Source: Bdellovibrio sp. (GTDB taxonomy: Bacteria > Bdellovibrionota > Bdellovibrionia > Bdellovibrionales > Bdellovibrionaceae). Taken from it: a DNA stretch of 64,000 nucleotides. The position numbers were made by a program, and so were the translations under genes. Where the stretch lies: assembly GCA_036677065.1 (NCBI GenBank), contig JAKFBS010000002.1:544001-608000 (forward strand), written 5' to 3'. Position 1 is the stretch's first letter, and every line of letters begins with the position of its first letter. Below, piece by piece: positions 29,384 through 38,291 of this stretch. The notes under the pieces are model-generated. The model was not told where the DNA came from. It was given only the letters and a program-made list of their open reading frames with translations, and did not search any database.

Positions 29384-30394
29384 ATGACAACACAACAAAG
29401 CGCGCTCACTAAGATCGAAACCCCTCTAACCAAGATGTTAGGTATCCGTTACCCGATCATCCAAGCCCCCATGTTTTTAGTCTCAAACGTCGACATGGTC
29501 GTGGCCGCTTCTGAAGCCGGAGCCATCGGAACATTTCCCGCATTGAATTACCGCCCTGTTGAAAAATACATCGAGGCCTTAAAGGAAATGAAAGCCCGTA
29601 CGAAAAAACCTATTGGTTTAAATATTATCGTCAACAAATCGAACACCCGCGCCAAAGAAGATTTAAAACATGCTCTTGATGCCGGGGTAAATTTATTTAT
29701 CACATCCCTTGGTTCACCCAAAGAAGTGATTGCTGAAGCCCATAAAAATGGAGCCAAAGTTGTGTGCGATGTCGTAAATCTGGAACACGCCAAAAAAGTT
29801 CAGGATTTAGGAGCAGACGGAGTTATCGCCGTTGGCACTGGCGCTGGTGGGCACGCAGGCCCGCTATCACCCATCGTTTTAGTTAACTGGCTAAAACACG
29901 AATTAGAAATTCCGATTATCGCAGCCGGCGGAATCGCCAACGGCGCAACAATGGCCTCGATGATGGCCGTCGGTGCTGCCGGTGTAAGTATCGGAACAAG
30001 ATTTATCGCCAGTACCGAAGCTAAAGTTGAACAAGCCTACAAAGATGCGATCGTGAATTCATCACCAGAAGATATCGTCCTAACAACAAGAATCTCAGGC
30101 ACCCCTGCTGCTGTGATCAGAACTCCCTACATCGACAAAATGGGTTTAGATTTGCCGTGGTACCTAAAAATGGCCAAAGACCAAAAGACTCTGAAAAAAT
30201 ACATCGTTCCATTAATCCATTATTTAGGATCAAAATCCCTAGAACAAGCAGCCGTCGGTCCAACCTGGAAAACAGTTTGGTCAGCAGGACAATCAGTGGG
30301 CTTGGTTGACGATATTATTTCGTGCGAACAAATCATTAAAAATCTAGTGAATGAATACGAAGAAACATTAGCAAGCTTACCAAAGGTTCAGTAA
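29384..30394 (+). CDS. Nitronate monooxygenase / FabK-like flavoenzyme
   Basis: PIIQAPM, AGGHAG, IIAAGGI, GTRFIAS, WSAGQSVGL. Confidence 0.88.
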   Translation: MTTQQSALTKIETPLTKMLGIRYPIIQAPMFLVSNVDMVVAASEAGAIGTFPALNYRPVEKYIEALKEMKARTKKPIGLNIIVNKSNTRAKEDLKHALDAGVNLFITSLGSPKEVIAEAHKNGAKVVCDVVNLEHAKKVQDLGADGVIAVGTGAGGHAGPLSPIVLVNWLKHELEIPIIAAGGIANGATMASMMAVGAAGVSIGTRFIASTEAKVEQAYKDAIVNSSPEDIVLTTRISGTPAAVIRTPYIDKMGLDLPWYLKMAKDQKTLKKYIVPLIHYLGSKSLEQAAVGPTWKTVWSAGQSVGLVDDIISCEQIIKNLVNEYEETLASLPKVQ

Positions 30395-30494
30395 CCAGAC
30401 TTCCCATCCCAAATGATCTGACGGCACGATGCCGTCAGAAGCATCAGCAGGATGCGAGCGTCACAAAAACGCTACTGCAGCAAAACTACGAAGC

Positions 30495-30531
30495 AAAAAA
30501 CAAAAAAACCGTTAGCTAATCAGCTAACGGT
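30495..30531 (-). terminator. Intrinsic terminator for the HNH gene
   Basis: ACCGTTAGCT-aatc-AGCTAACGGT preceded by A tracts. Confidence 0.8.
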
Positions 30532-30566
30532 CATGCCCCTCGAGAGAATCTTAAAATTTAAATAAA

Positions 30567-31229
30567 TTATTGCATTAAATCAGAAACGAAGTCTTCTAGG
30601 CCAGCGCATTTAGGTAAATCCAATTTGCACTCTTTCATCACTTCGATAGCTTTTGCTTGAGCGATTTTATCAGCTTCCATAGCTTGGAATAAAAGTAATT
30701 CTAAACGATCAGTATACGCGTACACAGATTTATGTTGTGGCCAAAGGTTTTCAACATCATTTGATCCGCCGATGCTTAATGGGATGAAGTGATCGATTTT
30801 GAAATCACCGCGGTTCATTGAACGGATTTTAAAACCTAATTCATTATCATAATCAGCGATGATAGCGTTTTTTTCTCCAGAAGAAACATTGCGTTCACAA
30901 TAAGTGATTTGCTGAGCGTAGCGTTTTGTGCCGCGTTCACACAATTTACCTGGAGTCATTTGTTGATCTGGATGAATAGGATATTTGTCAGATGGATTTA
31001 ATCCAGTAGTAGGAGCTGAATCTGGTTCTGGAAAACTAGGTTTGTTCGGTTGATTTGGTTTTGCCGGAGCTGGTTTTTTCTTTTTTTCAGAGTAATCTTG
31101 GCGAGAAACTTGTTTCGCTTGATCATCTGCACAAGTTTGCGCAGTTGCGAAAGTAGCCGTTAAAGTAAAAGAGATAGCAGCGATAAGGTTTAAGATTACC
31201 TTAGTGTTTAGTCCTTTAGAACAGTTCAT
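30567..31229 (-). CDS. Exported HNH endonuclease-like protein
   Basis: GGAGG RBS; signal peptide; Pro-rich linker; IDHFIPLSIGGSNDVENLWPQ. Confidence 0.8.
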   Translation of the reverse strand: MNCSKGLNTKVILNLIAAISFTLTATFATAQTCADDQAKQVSRQDYSEKKKKPAPAKPNQPNKPSFPEPDSAPTTGLNPSDKYPIHPDQQMTPGKLCERGTKRYAQQITYCERNVSSGEKNAIIADYDNELGFKIRSMNRGDFKIDHFIPLSIGGSNDVENLWPQHKSVYAYTDRLELLLFQAMEADKIAQAKAIEVMKECKLDLPKCAGLEDFVSDLMQ

Positions 31230-31394
31230 AGATCCTCCATAGAAAAGCATTACGGTGCTTTGTAGAAACGTCGGGCCAATCCCCAACTTATACGTGGTTG
31301 TTGTTGTGGCTAGAGATAATCAAATTACCCCCAGCTCTGGCAACTGTTAAAAAATGAATATTTCGCGAGGTGTCTAAATGTTTCTAAGCGAAGC

Positions 31395-31868
31395 TTAAGG
31401 TGCCGAAGTTTTAAGCCAAGTTTGTGTGCGGCCCAATAGGCTAAAACCTATGAATCCTCGCACCTCTAATTTTTCACCATTCTCGATCAGGGTCATTTTC
31501 GCTTTGTAAGTTTTACCGTTCTTAGGATCTAAGATATGTCCGCCTGTGTATTTATCGCCGTCCTTTTTTAGATCCCAAATAATTTCTAATCCAACGATCG
31601 GCTTATCTTTTTTATCACCAGAACATTCTGTACAGATTGTTTTATCGCCTTCTTTTGGAAAAGTTTTGATGATGTTACCAAAAAGTTTTCCGTCTACTTC
31701 TTTAATTTCTACGATGGCACGTGGTTCATTCGTTGAATCATCAATCGTTTTCCAAAAGCCCACCGGTGACGAAGTTGTCGCCGCATCAGCTGAACCAGTT
31801 TCAGCAGCAATTGCTGAAAAACAGATAAAAAAAGCAGTCGCTACAAATGAAAAGAAATTATGTTTCAT
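31395..31868 (-). CDS. DUF2147 periplasmic protein
   Basis: GFWKTIDD, GGHILDPKNGKTY, LEVRGFIGFSLLGRTQTW. Confidence 0.88.
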   Translation of the reverse strand: MKHNFFSFVATAFFICFSAIAAETGSADAATTSSPVGFWKTIDDSTNEPRAIVEIKEVDGKLFGNIIKTFPKEGDKTICTECSGDKKDKPIVGLEIIWDLKKDGDKYTGGHILDPKNGKTYKAKMTLIENGEKLEVRGFIGFSLLGRTQTWLKTSAP

Positions 31869-31976
31869 AATGGTTCATCCTTATTCGTTATATATATTAC
31901 CGTTTAGCTAGACCTTTAGATTGTCCACAGAGAAGGCGTAGTGGTCAACTAATTCAAAACACGGTATAATTTCATT

Positions 31977-33446
31977 ATGGGACGTTATCTTATTGTTGAT
32001 CGTGAAGATAAGTCTGTAGAGCAAATAATCGAGGCTCTTAAATCGGTTGATGCACAGGCACAAATCGAAAACTTTCCGAATATGGAAGCTTTTGAAGCGC
32101 ACGCCAATGCCCTAAGCCCTGAAGCTGTTGCGCCGTTTTGGGTGTTTGATCTGATGATTCTAGATTACAGTCTTCACACTCCTGCCACTTGGCCAGAAAA
32201 AATCGCAAAACTTAAATCTCAAAATTCAAAAGAATTTTCATTTATTTTAACTAGTTATGAGAATAACCTAACGATCGCTAAAAACATTCGCCCACTTGAA
32301 ATTTATAATTTCGTTTTTAAACCATTTGATTCTTTAATTTTAAAAGAAAGTTTAAATCTAGCTTTAAAAATTAAGAAAAAAGCAGCACCTTTAGAAATGA
32401 AATCACAAAGTGCTACGGCCTTTATCGCGCTTTTAAAAGCAGTTGAATTACAAACTATTTCTGAACTTGGTTTTGTAACTTTGAGCGACTCACAAATTGA
32501 AACCGGCAGCATTTCGAAATATTTTTCGACCATGTTTACCTATGGCAAAAAACAAAGTGTCTGGGCCCAGTGCCTAGTCAGCATCCCGCATCCGCAAAAG
32601 CCGGGAAACTTTATTAACAAGTTTCAATTCTTTGGTGCCGAACAACCTTTATTAAGTGCAATTCGTAAGTACATCGCGGCTCACAAGGCTGATAGCGCAT
32701 CAAGTGCACTATGGAATTTAAACCCGCCAAAATCTACGGTTCCGTTAAAGTTAGCGTTGATCGGACTAGACAACGATGAAAATAAAAATTTTCTTTCTGA
32801 AATCCAAAACCGTTACAATAATGTAACTCCTGAGATCGTAAAACTTGACCCCTCTAAAAAATCTGCCGATAAAACAGTTTACGATCATGACTTTTGCATT
32901 AACACCACAGATATTAAACATGAAAATTTTAAAGAGATGTTTAAAGCCGAATGTGTGCATTTTTGGTATGCGCCAAATATTCCTAAAGAAGATGATTTAA
33001 AAATTCATGCGACCGAATATCGCGATATCTTTTTACGCCCGTTAGATCGCTCTTATTTTTACAAAAAAATGAAAATTCATATAAATGCGCTAAGCGAAAA
33101 AGAACCAAGCCATTTATTAAACATCACTTCGCGCGAAGTGATGAAAGTAGCTAACAAGGTTAAAATTTCTGAAATTTCCGAACTGTATGTGAATCTTGTC
33201 TACAGTCGCGAATTACAATTTAAAGAATTTCGTGAATTTGTATTCTTAAGTGATGATGAGACGCAAACAGTAGAACTACCCGCATTTTGCCATTACACTG
33301 AAAAAGCGGCCAGCACCGGCGCTAAAGATGATCCTGCGGGTTTTTTACATCAATTTGTATTCTTCGGCATGACAGATCATTTGTTAAAACAAATCCGCCT
33401 ATGGTTATTACATAACTATATCGTTTCGAACCAGAAGAACGATTAA
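31977..33446 (+). CDS. Degenerate receiver / PilZ-like duplicated signalling protein
   Basis: YLIVD..LMILD..FVFKPF receiver; repeated ISEL and F-x-FFG..LL..IR segments. Confidence 0.7.
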   Translation: MGRYLIVDREDKSVEQIIEALKSVDAQAQIENFPNMEAFEAHANALSPEAVAPFWVFDLMILDYSLHTPATWPEKIAKLKSQNSKEFSFILTSYENNLTIAKNIRPLEIYNFVFKPFDSLILKESLNLALKIKKKAAPLEMKSQSATAFIALLKAVELQTISELGFVTLSDSQIETGSISKYFSTMFTYGKKQSVWAQCLVSIPHPQKPGNFINKFQFFGAEQPLLSAIRKYIAAHKADSASSALWNLNPPKSTVPLKLALIGLDNDENKNFLSEIQNRYNNVTPEIVKLDPSKKSADKTVYDHDFCINTTDIKHENFKEMFKAECVHFWYAPNIPKEDDLKIHATEYRDIFLRPLDRSYFYKKMKIHINALSEKEPSHLLNITSREVMKVANKVKISEISELYVNLVYSRELQFKEFREFVFLSDDETQTVELPAFCHYTEKAASTGAKDDPAGFLHQFVFFGMTDHLLKQIRLWLLHNYIVSNQKND

Positions 33447-33455
33447 CAATTTACT

Positions 33456-34235
33456 TTAATTATGAACTTGTGACTGTACGCCGTATTTTTCTCCGGCGCC
33501 GATTGTGGTTTTTGGCAAGACTGCAGAATTTGGCAAAATCGTGGCTCTTTCTTCAATGGTCACACCGCCTAAAAGTTTTGCCCCCAGGCCTACCATTACA
33601 CCTTTTTTAAGATGTAGTTTATCTATGACTAAATAACCCTTCATTCCGTAATGGGCCATCATAAATGCCGATCCACCGATGGTTACGTAATCATCTAATT
33701 GAATCAGACATGGATCAGAAATATTTGACGTGTTAATGACGACGTTTTTACCGATCTTCATACCCATCATCTTAAAAAATAAAATATTTAATGGCGACGG
33801 CGTTAAAAATTCTAAAATCGTATAACGAACCAGATAAGTTAAAGCATTATGATAATACCAAGGAATTGATTCTAACGAATACCAAGCCCCGCGGTATGGG
33901 CGTACAAAAGGTAAAAGTGGCAAATTAAAAAGTGGCACGATAAAAATTAGCGACAAGATAAACGAAATAAAACCAGCTCCGGCACACATACCGTAACACA
34001 GTGATTTAACAAATAGCGAATAACCTTCAACCCAGATATTCACTTGTTGAAATAAGTAAATGGCCGGTGTGATCGAAAATCCTAAAATCATCACATACAA
34101 AACAACTAACGGTAGTAAAAACAAGATAAAGGCGACAGTTGAAAACTTACGGATCAAGTTCTCTAATAAGGCCATGGGGCCCTTTTTGATAGATCGTGAA
34201 GAATTTATATCGGTATCGGCCGCTTTATTGCTCAT
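33456..34235 (-). CDS. Membrane-anchored left-handed beta-helix (hexapeptide) acyltransferase-like protein
   Basis: Two N-terminal TM helices; GMKIGKNVVI, DYVTIGG, VTIEERATI. Confidence 0.8.
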   Translation of the reverse strand: MSNKAADTDINSSRSIKKGPMALLENLIRKFSTVAFILFLLPLVVLYVMILGFSITPAIYLFQQVNIWVEGYSLFVKSLCYGMCAGAGFISFILSLIFIVPLFNLPLLPFVRPYRGAWYSLESIPWYYHNALTYLVRYTILEFLTPSPLNILFFKMMGMKIGKNVVINTSNISDPCLIQLDDYVTIGGSAFMMAHYGMKGYLVIDKLHLKKGVMVGLGAKLLGGVTIEERATILPNSAVLPKTTIGAGEKYGVQSQVHN

Positions 34236-34295
34236 ATGACAATGATCGGCCGATCCCTTGCATAAGTAAACACAAAAATGGTACTTTAGTTCCCT

Positions 34296-34865
34296 ATGAA
34301 AACAGGCCAAATTTTTGAATCTGAAGACACTCAAACAAATTCTAGTTGCACGACCGCTGGTTGCAGCCATTGTGGCAAAAAGAAATCTCCTTACCAATGC
34401 GGAGTCTGTAACGACACTCTATGCAAGTCGTGTGTTCAGTTTATGCCTGATGGCGCTTTTCAATACTTAACAAATCGCCCACCAGAAATTAGCCATAACT
34501 GGTATTGTAATGTCTGCTTTGATAACAACGTTGTTACATCTCTTGCGACTTACGAAGAAATCGTCGCTCGCGCCAAAGGTATTTCAGTTTTTGATATTTC
34601 TCAGGGTAAAGAAACACGTTTTGTGAAACGTTTAGAAAAACCTATCGTGATTGAATCTGGTCTAGATCAATATGATATCACGATGCGCTTAGCTTATATG
34701 GCCGCTGAAAAAAACTTTAACTCTCTTGTTGATGTGAATATCAAGGCGACTAAAGTACGTGATGGCTCTTACCAAACAACGACTTACACTGGCAGCGCGA
34801 TTCCGACAAATGTTGATGATCGTAAGCTTATGAAAGATCGTTCACTTTGGACAGACCCGAACTAA
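34296..34865 (+). CDS. Zn-finger plus YbjQ-like (heavy-metal-binding) domain protein
   Basis: CSHC, CGVC, CKSC, CNVC; AAEKNFNSLVDVNI...YTGSAI. Confidence 0.65.
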   Translation: MKTGQIFESEDTQTNSSCTTAGCSHCGKKKSPYQCGVCNDTLCKSCVQFMPDGAFQYLTNRPPEISHNWYCNVCFDNNVVTSLATYEEIVARAKGISVFDISQGKETRFVKRLEKPIVIESGLDQYDITMRLAYMAAEKNFNSLVDVNIKATKVRDGSYQTTTYTGSAIPTNVDDRKLMKDRSLWTDPN

Positions 34866-36019
34866 ATCTTAGATAAATCAATGTGCGCTTCTTGGTATAA
34901 CCCAAAACCAAAGCGCCAACGAGCTCCGCGATAATCCGTTTGAATCCCCGCCTTATTAAAATCATCATGCAGGTTTTTAGTGATCTCAGGATTACCTGTA
35001 TCAAAAGTTAAAAAGTGCCCGTGGTGATTCAAATCATGAGCTAAAAGATTTTTCTCATTTAACCATTGGCTATGTTTTGCATGCGAAAAACTTTTAATAT
35101 CGTTTAAAAAATTTTTCTGTAAATTTTGAACATGGCGGTGAATTTTTGCGACAGATAAATCTGCTTTGGCAAAAAGTGCTAGCGAAGCTTCAAGTCTGTA
35201 CAGTGCTGAAAAATCCATTGTGCTGCCCGCAAAGCGGTAGCCATCATCTGAATACACAACGCGCGACCCAACATGGGCTAAGCCAGAAAAGCCCGCAAAC
35301 CAGCCCGTATTAGAGGGTTTAAGCTGAGTGCCCTTAGGCACGGCCATAAAACAGCAGCCTTCGCCGCCTTGGGCGTATTTGTACGAACCAGCAATATAAA
35401 AAATTCGATCTTCGATACCCTGTAGATCGGTCGGTAGCGCCATAAAAGCATGATATCCATCAATAGCAATGACAGTCTCAGGATTTGTCACTGCGCCCAC
35501 AATAGAAACTAAATCTTTAATAGCTACACCTGAATTAAAAAATACCTGACTGATAAAAACTAAATCCCATTGCTCAGCTTTTAGAAGATCTTTAAAACGA
35601 GCTTCAAAAGTCGCAAAAGGATGAGTTGTAACTTTAACCACTTCAACAAATTCATCTTCGATCAGACGGTTAATTTGACGGTCAAAACTATAAAATTCTG
35701 AATCAGTGGTTAAGATACGAATTTTTTTGTTCGGCTTAAAACAGCTTAAAAGTCTTGTTACAAATTCATGGGTGTTGGGCGCAAAAACGATTTGTTCTGC
35801 GTATGATAAATTTAACACATCCGCAATCAGTCTTTGCACAGTTGGTATTTTAACGCCAAAAATATGCGCCCATTTATCATCAACAAATTTCGCCGAATCG
35901 TCCCAATAATCTAACATCGCCTGGCGAGTCACATCGGGCCAATAGTGGTGGCTGTGACTGGCGTAGTGCTGCACACCCTTATTTGCTTCTAAAAAAAGTT
36001 GATAATACTTTTTATACAT
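34862..36019 (-). CDS. PLP class V enzyme, kynureninase-like
   Basis: DSEFYS, SQVFFNSG, IDGYH, GSYKYAQGGEG, TGWFA; coupled to the TDO gene. Confidence 0.75.
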   Translation of the reverse strand: MYKKYYQLFLEANKGVQHYASHSHHYWPDVTRQAMLDYWDDSAKFVDDKWAHIFGVKIPTVQRLIADVLNLSYAEQIVFAPNTHEFVTRLLSCFKPNKKIRILTTDSEFYSFDRQINRLIEDEFVEVVKVTTHPFATFEARFKDLLKAEQWDLVFISQVFFNSGVAIKDLVSIVGAVTNPETVIAIDGYHAFMALPTDLQGIEDRIFYIAGSYKYAQGGEGCCFMAVPKGTQLKPSNTGWFAGFSGLAHVGSRVVYSDDGYRFAGSTMDFSALYRLEASLALFAKADLSVAKIHRHVQNLQKNFLNDIKSFSHAKHSQWLNEKNLLAHDLNHHGHFLTFDTGNPEITKNLHDDFNKAGIQTDYRGARWRFGFGLYQEAHIDLSKI

Positions 36020-37112
36020 TAAAGTTTAATTGCTTTTTAATTTCTGACGGGATTTTTGGTAAACGTGAACGCGGAATTAAATACGTCGATAAATTAAAAA
36101 GATCGACGAACACGCGGTTGTTGTCGGCAGCTTTTTTTAAGTACGTGTGACCTGATGATCCACCCGTTCCGATTTTAGAGCCCAACATACGCTGCGCTAA
36201 AAGCATATGACGGTAACGCCAAGTTGTGAAGTTTTCGTCGATATCCATTAAGATAGTCATCATTTGAAACGGCATTGATAACATAGGCTCGTCGCGATAA
36301 AGCATAATGAATAAGGCGTTTAACATCGCTTTTTGCGAAAGTTTACGTTGGCCTGCTTCAACAACTTTTTTGTGCGCTTCTTCATTAAATAAATTATCAA
36401 AAGATGCCTGCGTCGTTTTTAGATTTTCTAACTGACCTTGTTTATCTTTGTCAGAAAGACCGGCCGCGTTTGCTTCAATTGTCGCTTTATCTTCAGCTAA
36501 CATATTCGTAATCGTATTTTGGTATTCTGTCCAAAAATTGAAATTCTCTTTATTCGTAAATGGAGTACGCTCTAACCACTTCTCTAAAAGACGAAGCATT
36601 GAAGGCGCTGATTCCAAATTTGATAGACGTTTACGGTCGGCTTCATTTAAGCGGCCTAAGAAGAATTCACGATCAATACCTTCACGGTCTACGGTATTTA
36701 AGCCTAACTTAATTTCGATTTCACGAAACTGGGTGCTTTGAAAGCCAGAAGCCGGAGACAACAAACTACGAAATTCAAGAAAATCCATCGGTGTCATAGT
36801 TTCTAAGATTTCGAAGTTGTTTTGAAAACCTGCTTGAATTTTGCGGATACGATCTAAACGCTGATTGATGTAACTAAAGTCACCTTCTTCAACAGCTGGT
36901 TTTTTGAAAGTGGCAATAACAGCATCAAGATCATGAAGGATTTGTTTGAACCATAACTCATAGGCTTGGTGAACAACGATAAAAAGTGTTTCGTCATGCG
37001 CTTCAGGATCTTCTTTTGTAGCAAACTTTTTACTTAAGGGTTCCTGGCAAGACAGAAATTTTTCTAACATTAAATAATCGTTGTAGTACACCGGGCCTTG
37101 ATTCTTATGCAT
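36012..37112 (-). CDS. kynA: Tryptophan 2,3-dioxygenase (long form)
   Basis: HDETLFIVVHQAYELWFKQ, PASGFQSTQFREIE, WRYRH, GTGGSSG. Confidence 0.93.
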   Translation of the reverse strand: MHKNQGPVYYNDYLMLEKFLSCQEPLSKKFATKEDPEAHDETLFIVVHQAYELWFKQILHDLDAVIATFKKPAVEEGDFSYINQRLDRIRKIQAGFQNNFEILETMTPMDFLEFRSLLSPASGFQSTQFREIEIKLGLNTVDREGIDREFFLGRLNEADRKRLSNLESAPSMLRLLEKWLERTPFTNKENFNFWTEYQNTITNMLAEDKATIEANAAGLSDKDKQGQLENLKTTQASFDNLFNEEAHKKVVEAGQRKLSQKAMLNALFIMLYRDEPMLSMPFQMMTILMDIDENFTTWRYRHMLLAQRMLGSKIGTGGSSGHTYLKKAADNNRVFVDLFNLSTYLIPRSRLPKIPSEIKKQLNFNV

Positions 37113-37134
37113 AGGGTATCCTTTTTAAAAAATT

Positions 37135-38100
37135 CTAGGGTATTTCATTTAATAAGGCCATCTGAAACTTGGTGCGTCCTTTAAGCGCCGGGCTATAAAC
37201 TGCCTGTTTAAACAGATTCTCAAAGGCTAACTTGTAAGTTGCTGGCTTTTTATCAGCAATCACTGCGGCTAAATGCCCTGTGACAAACGCCGTGGCTTGC
37301 GAAGTGCCGCTTTGAAAACCGTAGCGATTTTTAGGAAGTGTTGAATAAATTAATTTTCCCGGTGCTGCGATATCGACAGTGTTTTTTCCGTAATTACTAA
37401 AACTTGTTAAACCACCGTCTTTTTGTAACGCCGCAACCGAGATCATATTATCTAACCTATAACTGGCGGGGTAATATCTGACGACATCCGTGTCTTCTTG
37501 CTCGTTCCCCGCCGCAACGACCATCATGATTCCAAGTTTTCTTGCATTTTGAATGGCTTGCAACTCATAGAATTCGGGCAGTGCCCCGCCGGCTGAATAA
37601 TTCACGATTTGCGCTTTCATTAACGTCGCATAGTGAATGGCTTTAATCGTGTTGATGATATTAATTTGATTGCTGACTTTCGGGCTATAATATTTAATGG
37701 CCATCATTTGCAACCCAGCTTTGCCATGCCTTTTTTGCGAATACTGAGTGTTAATGATTCCCGCGATATGAGTTCCGTGCCCCTCAAGATCCATAACCTG
37801 ATTATTATTATCGACGAAGTTCCATCCGTGGATGTCATCGGCATATCCGTTACCATCATCGTCAATTCCATTAGTTGATTTATTTTTACCGTATTTATCT
37901 GTCCCGGTTTCGCCGGCATTTATCCAGATCGATTTTTTTAAGTCTTTATGTTCAGTATCAATCCCCGTATCGATAACTGCGACCACAACATTTTCATTCA
38001 GTGCTTTTGCGCTGGTTGTGAGTAAACACACCATTAGAAAGCTTGTACTGATAAAAAGTGATTTTGATAAAGCTCCGCCCGTAATGAATTTTGCGTTCAT
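37135..38100 (-). CDS. Exported S8 subtilisin-like peptidase
   Basis: VIDTG, HGTHIAG, AAGNE, SGTSQA. Confidence 0.92.
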   Translation of the reverse strand: MNAKFITGGALSKSLFISTSFLMVCLLTTSAKALNENVVVAVIDTGIDTEHKDLKKSIWINAGETGTDKYGKNKSTNGIDDDGNGYADDIHGWNFVDNNNQVMDLEGHGTHIAGIINTQYSQKRHGKAGLQMMAIKYYSPKVSNQINIINTIKAIHYATLMKAQIVNYSAGGALPEFYELQAIQNARKLGIMMVVAAGNEQEDTDVVRYYPASYRLDNMISVAALQKDGGLTSFSNYGKNTVDIAAPGKLIYSTLPKNRYGFQSGTSQATAFVTGHLAAVIADKKPATYKLAFENLFKQAVYSPALKGRTKFQMALLNEIP

Positions 38101-38167
38101 TAATTCCCCCTTGTACAATTTGTTTTGTTTGTTTTTTTTAGACAGTTACGTCTTAAGAATATAACAA

Positions 38168-38183
38168 AGCAATGCGGGGGCCA
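38168..38183 (-). promoter_or_regulatory. Sigma54 (-24/-12) promoter of subtilase
   Basis: Minus strand TGGC-CCCCGCA-TTGCT (GG-N10-GC). Confidence 0.6.
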
Positions 38184-38291
38184 GCGCGGCTATAGCGTAT
38201 AAGAGAGCTTACAACTGTCTAAGGTGTAACCTGTATAGAAATCTTTAGACAGTGTTATGAAATGTACTGTTAGAAATGTAACACGTGCGCT

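Noticed and set aside
34236..34397. Apparent head-to-head overlap of the 33456-34397 and 34296-34865 ORFs
   Set aside because: Disappears when the acyltransferase start is placed at Met 34235
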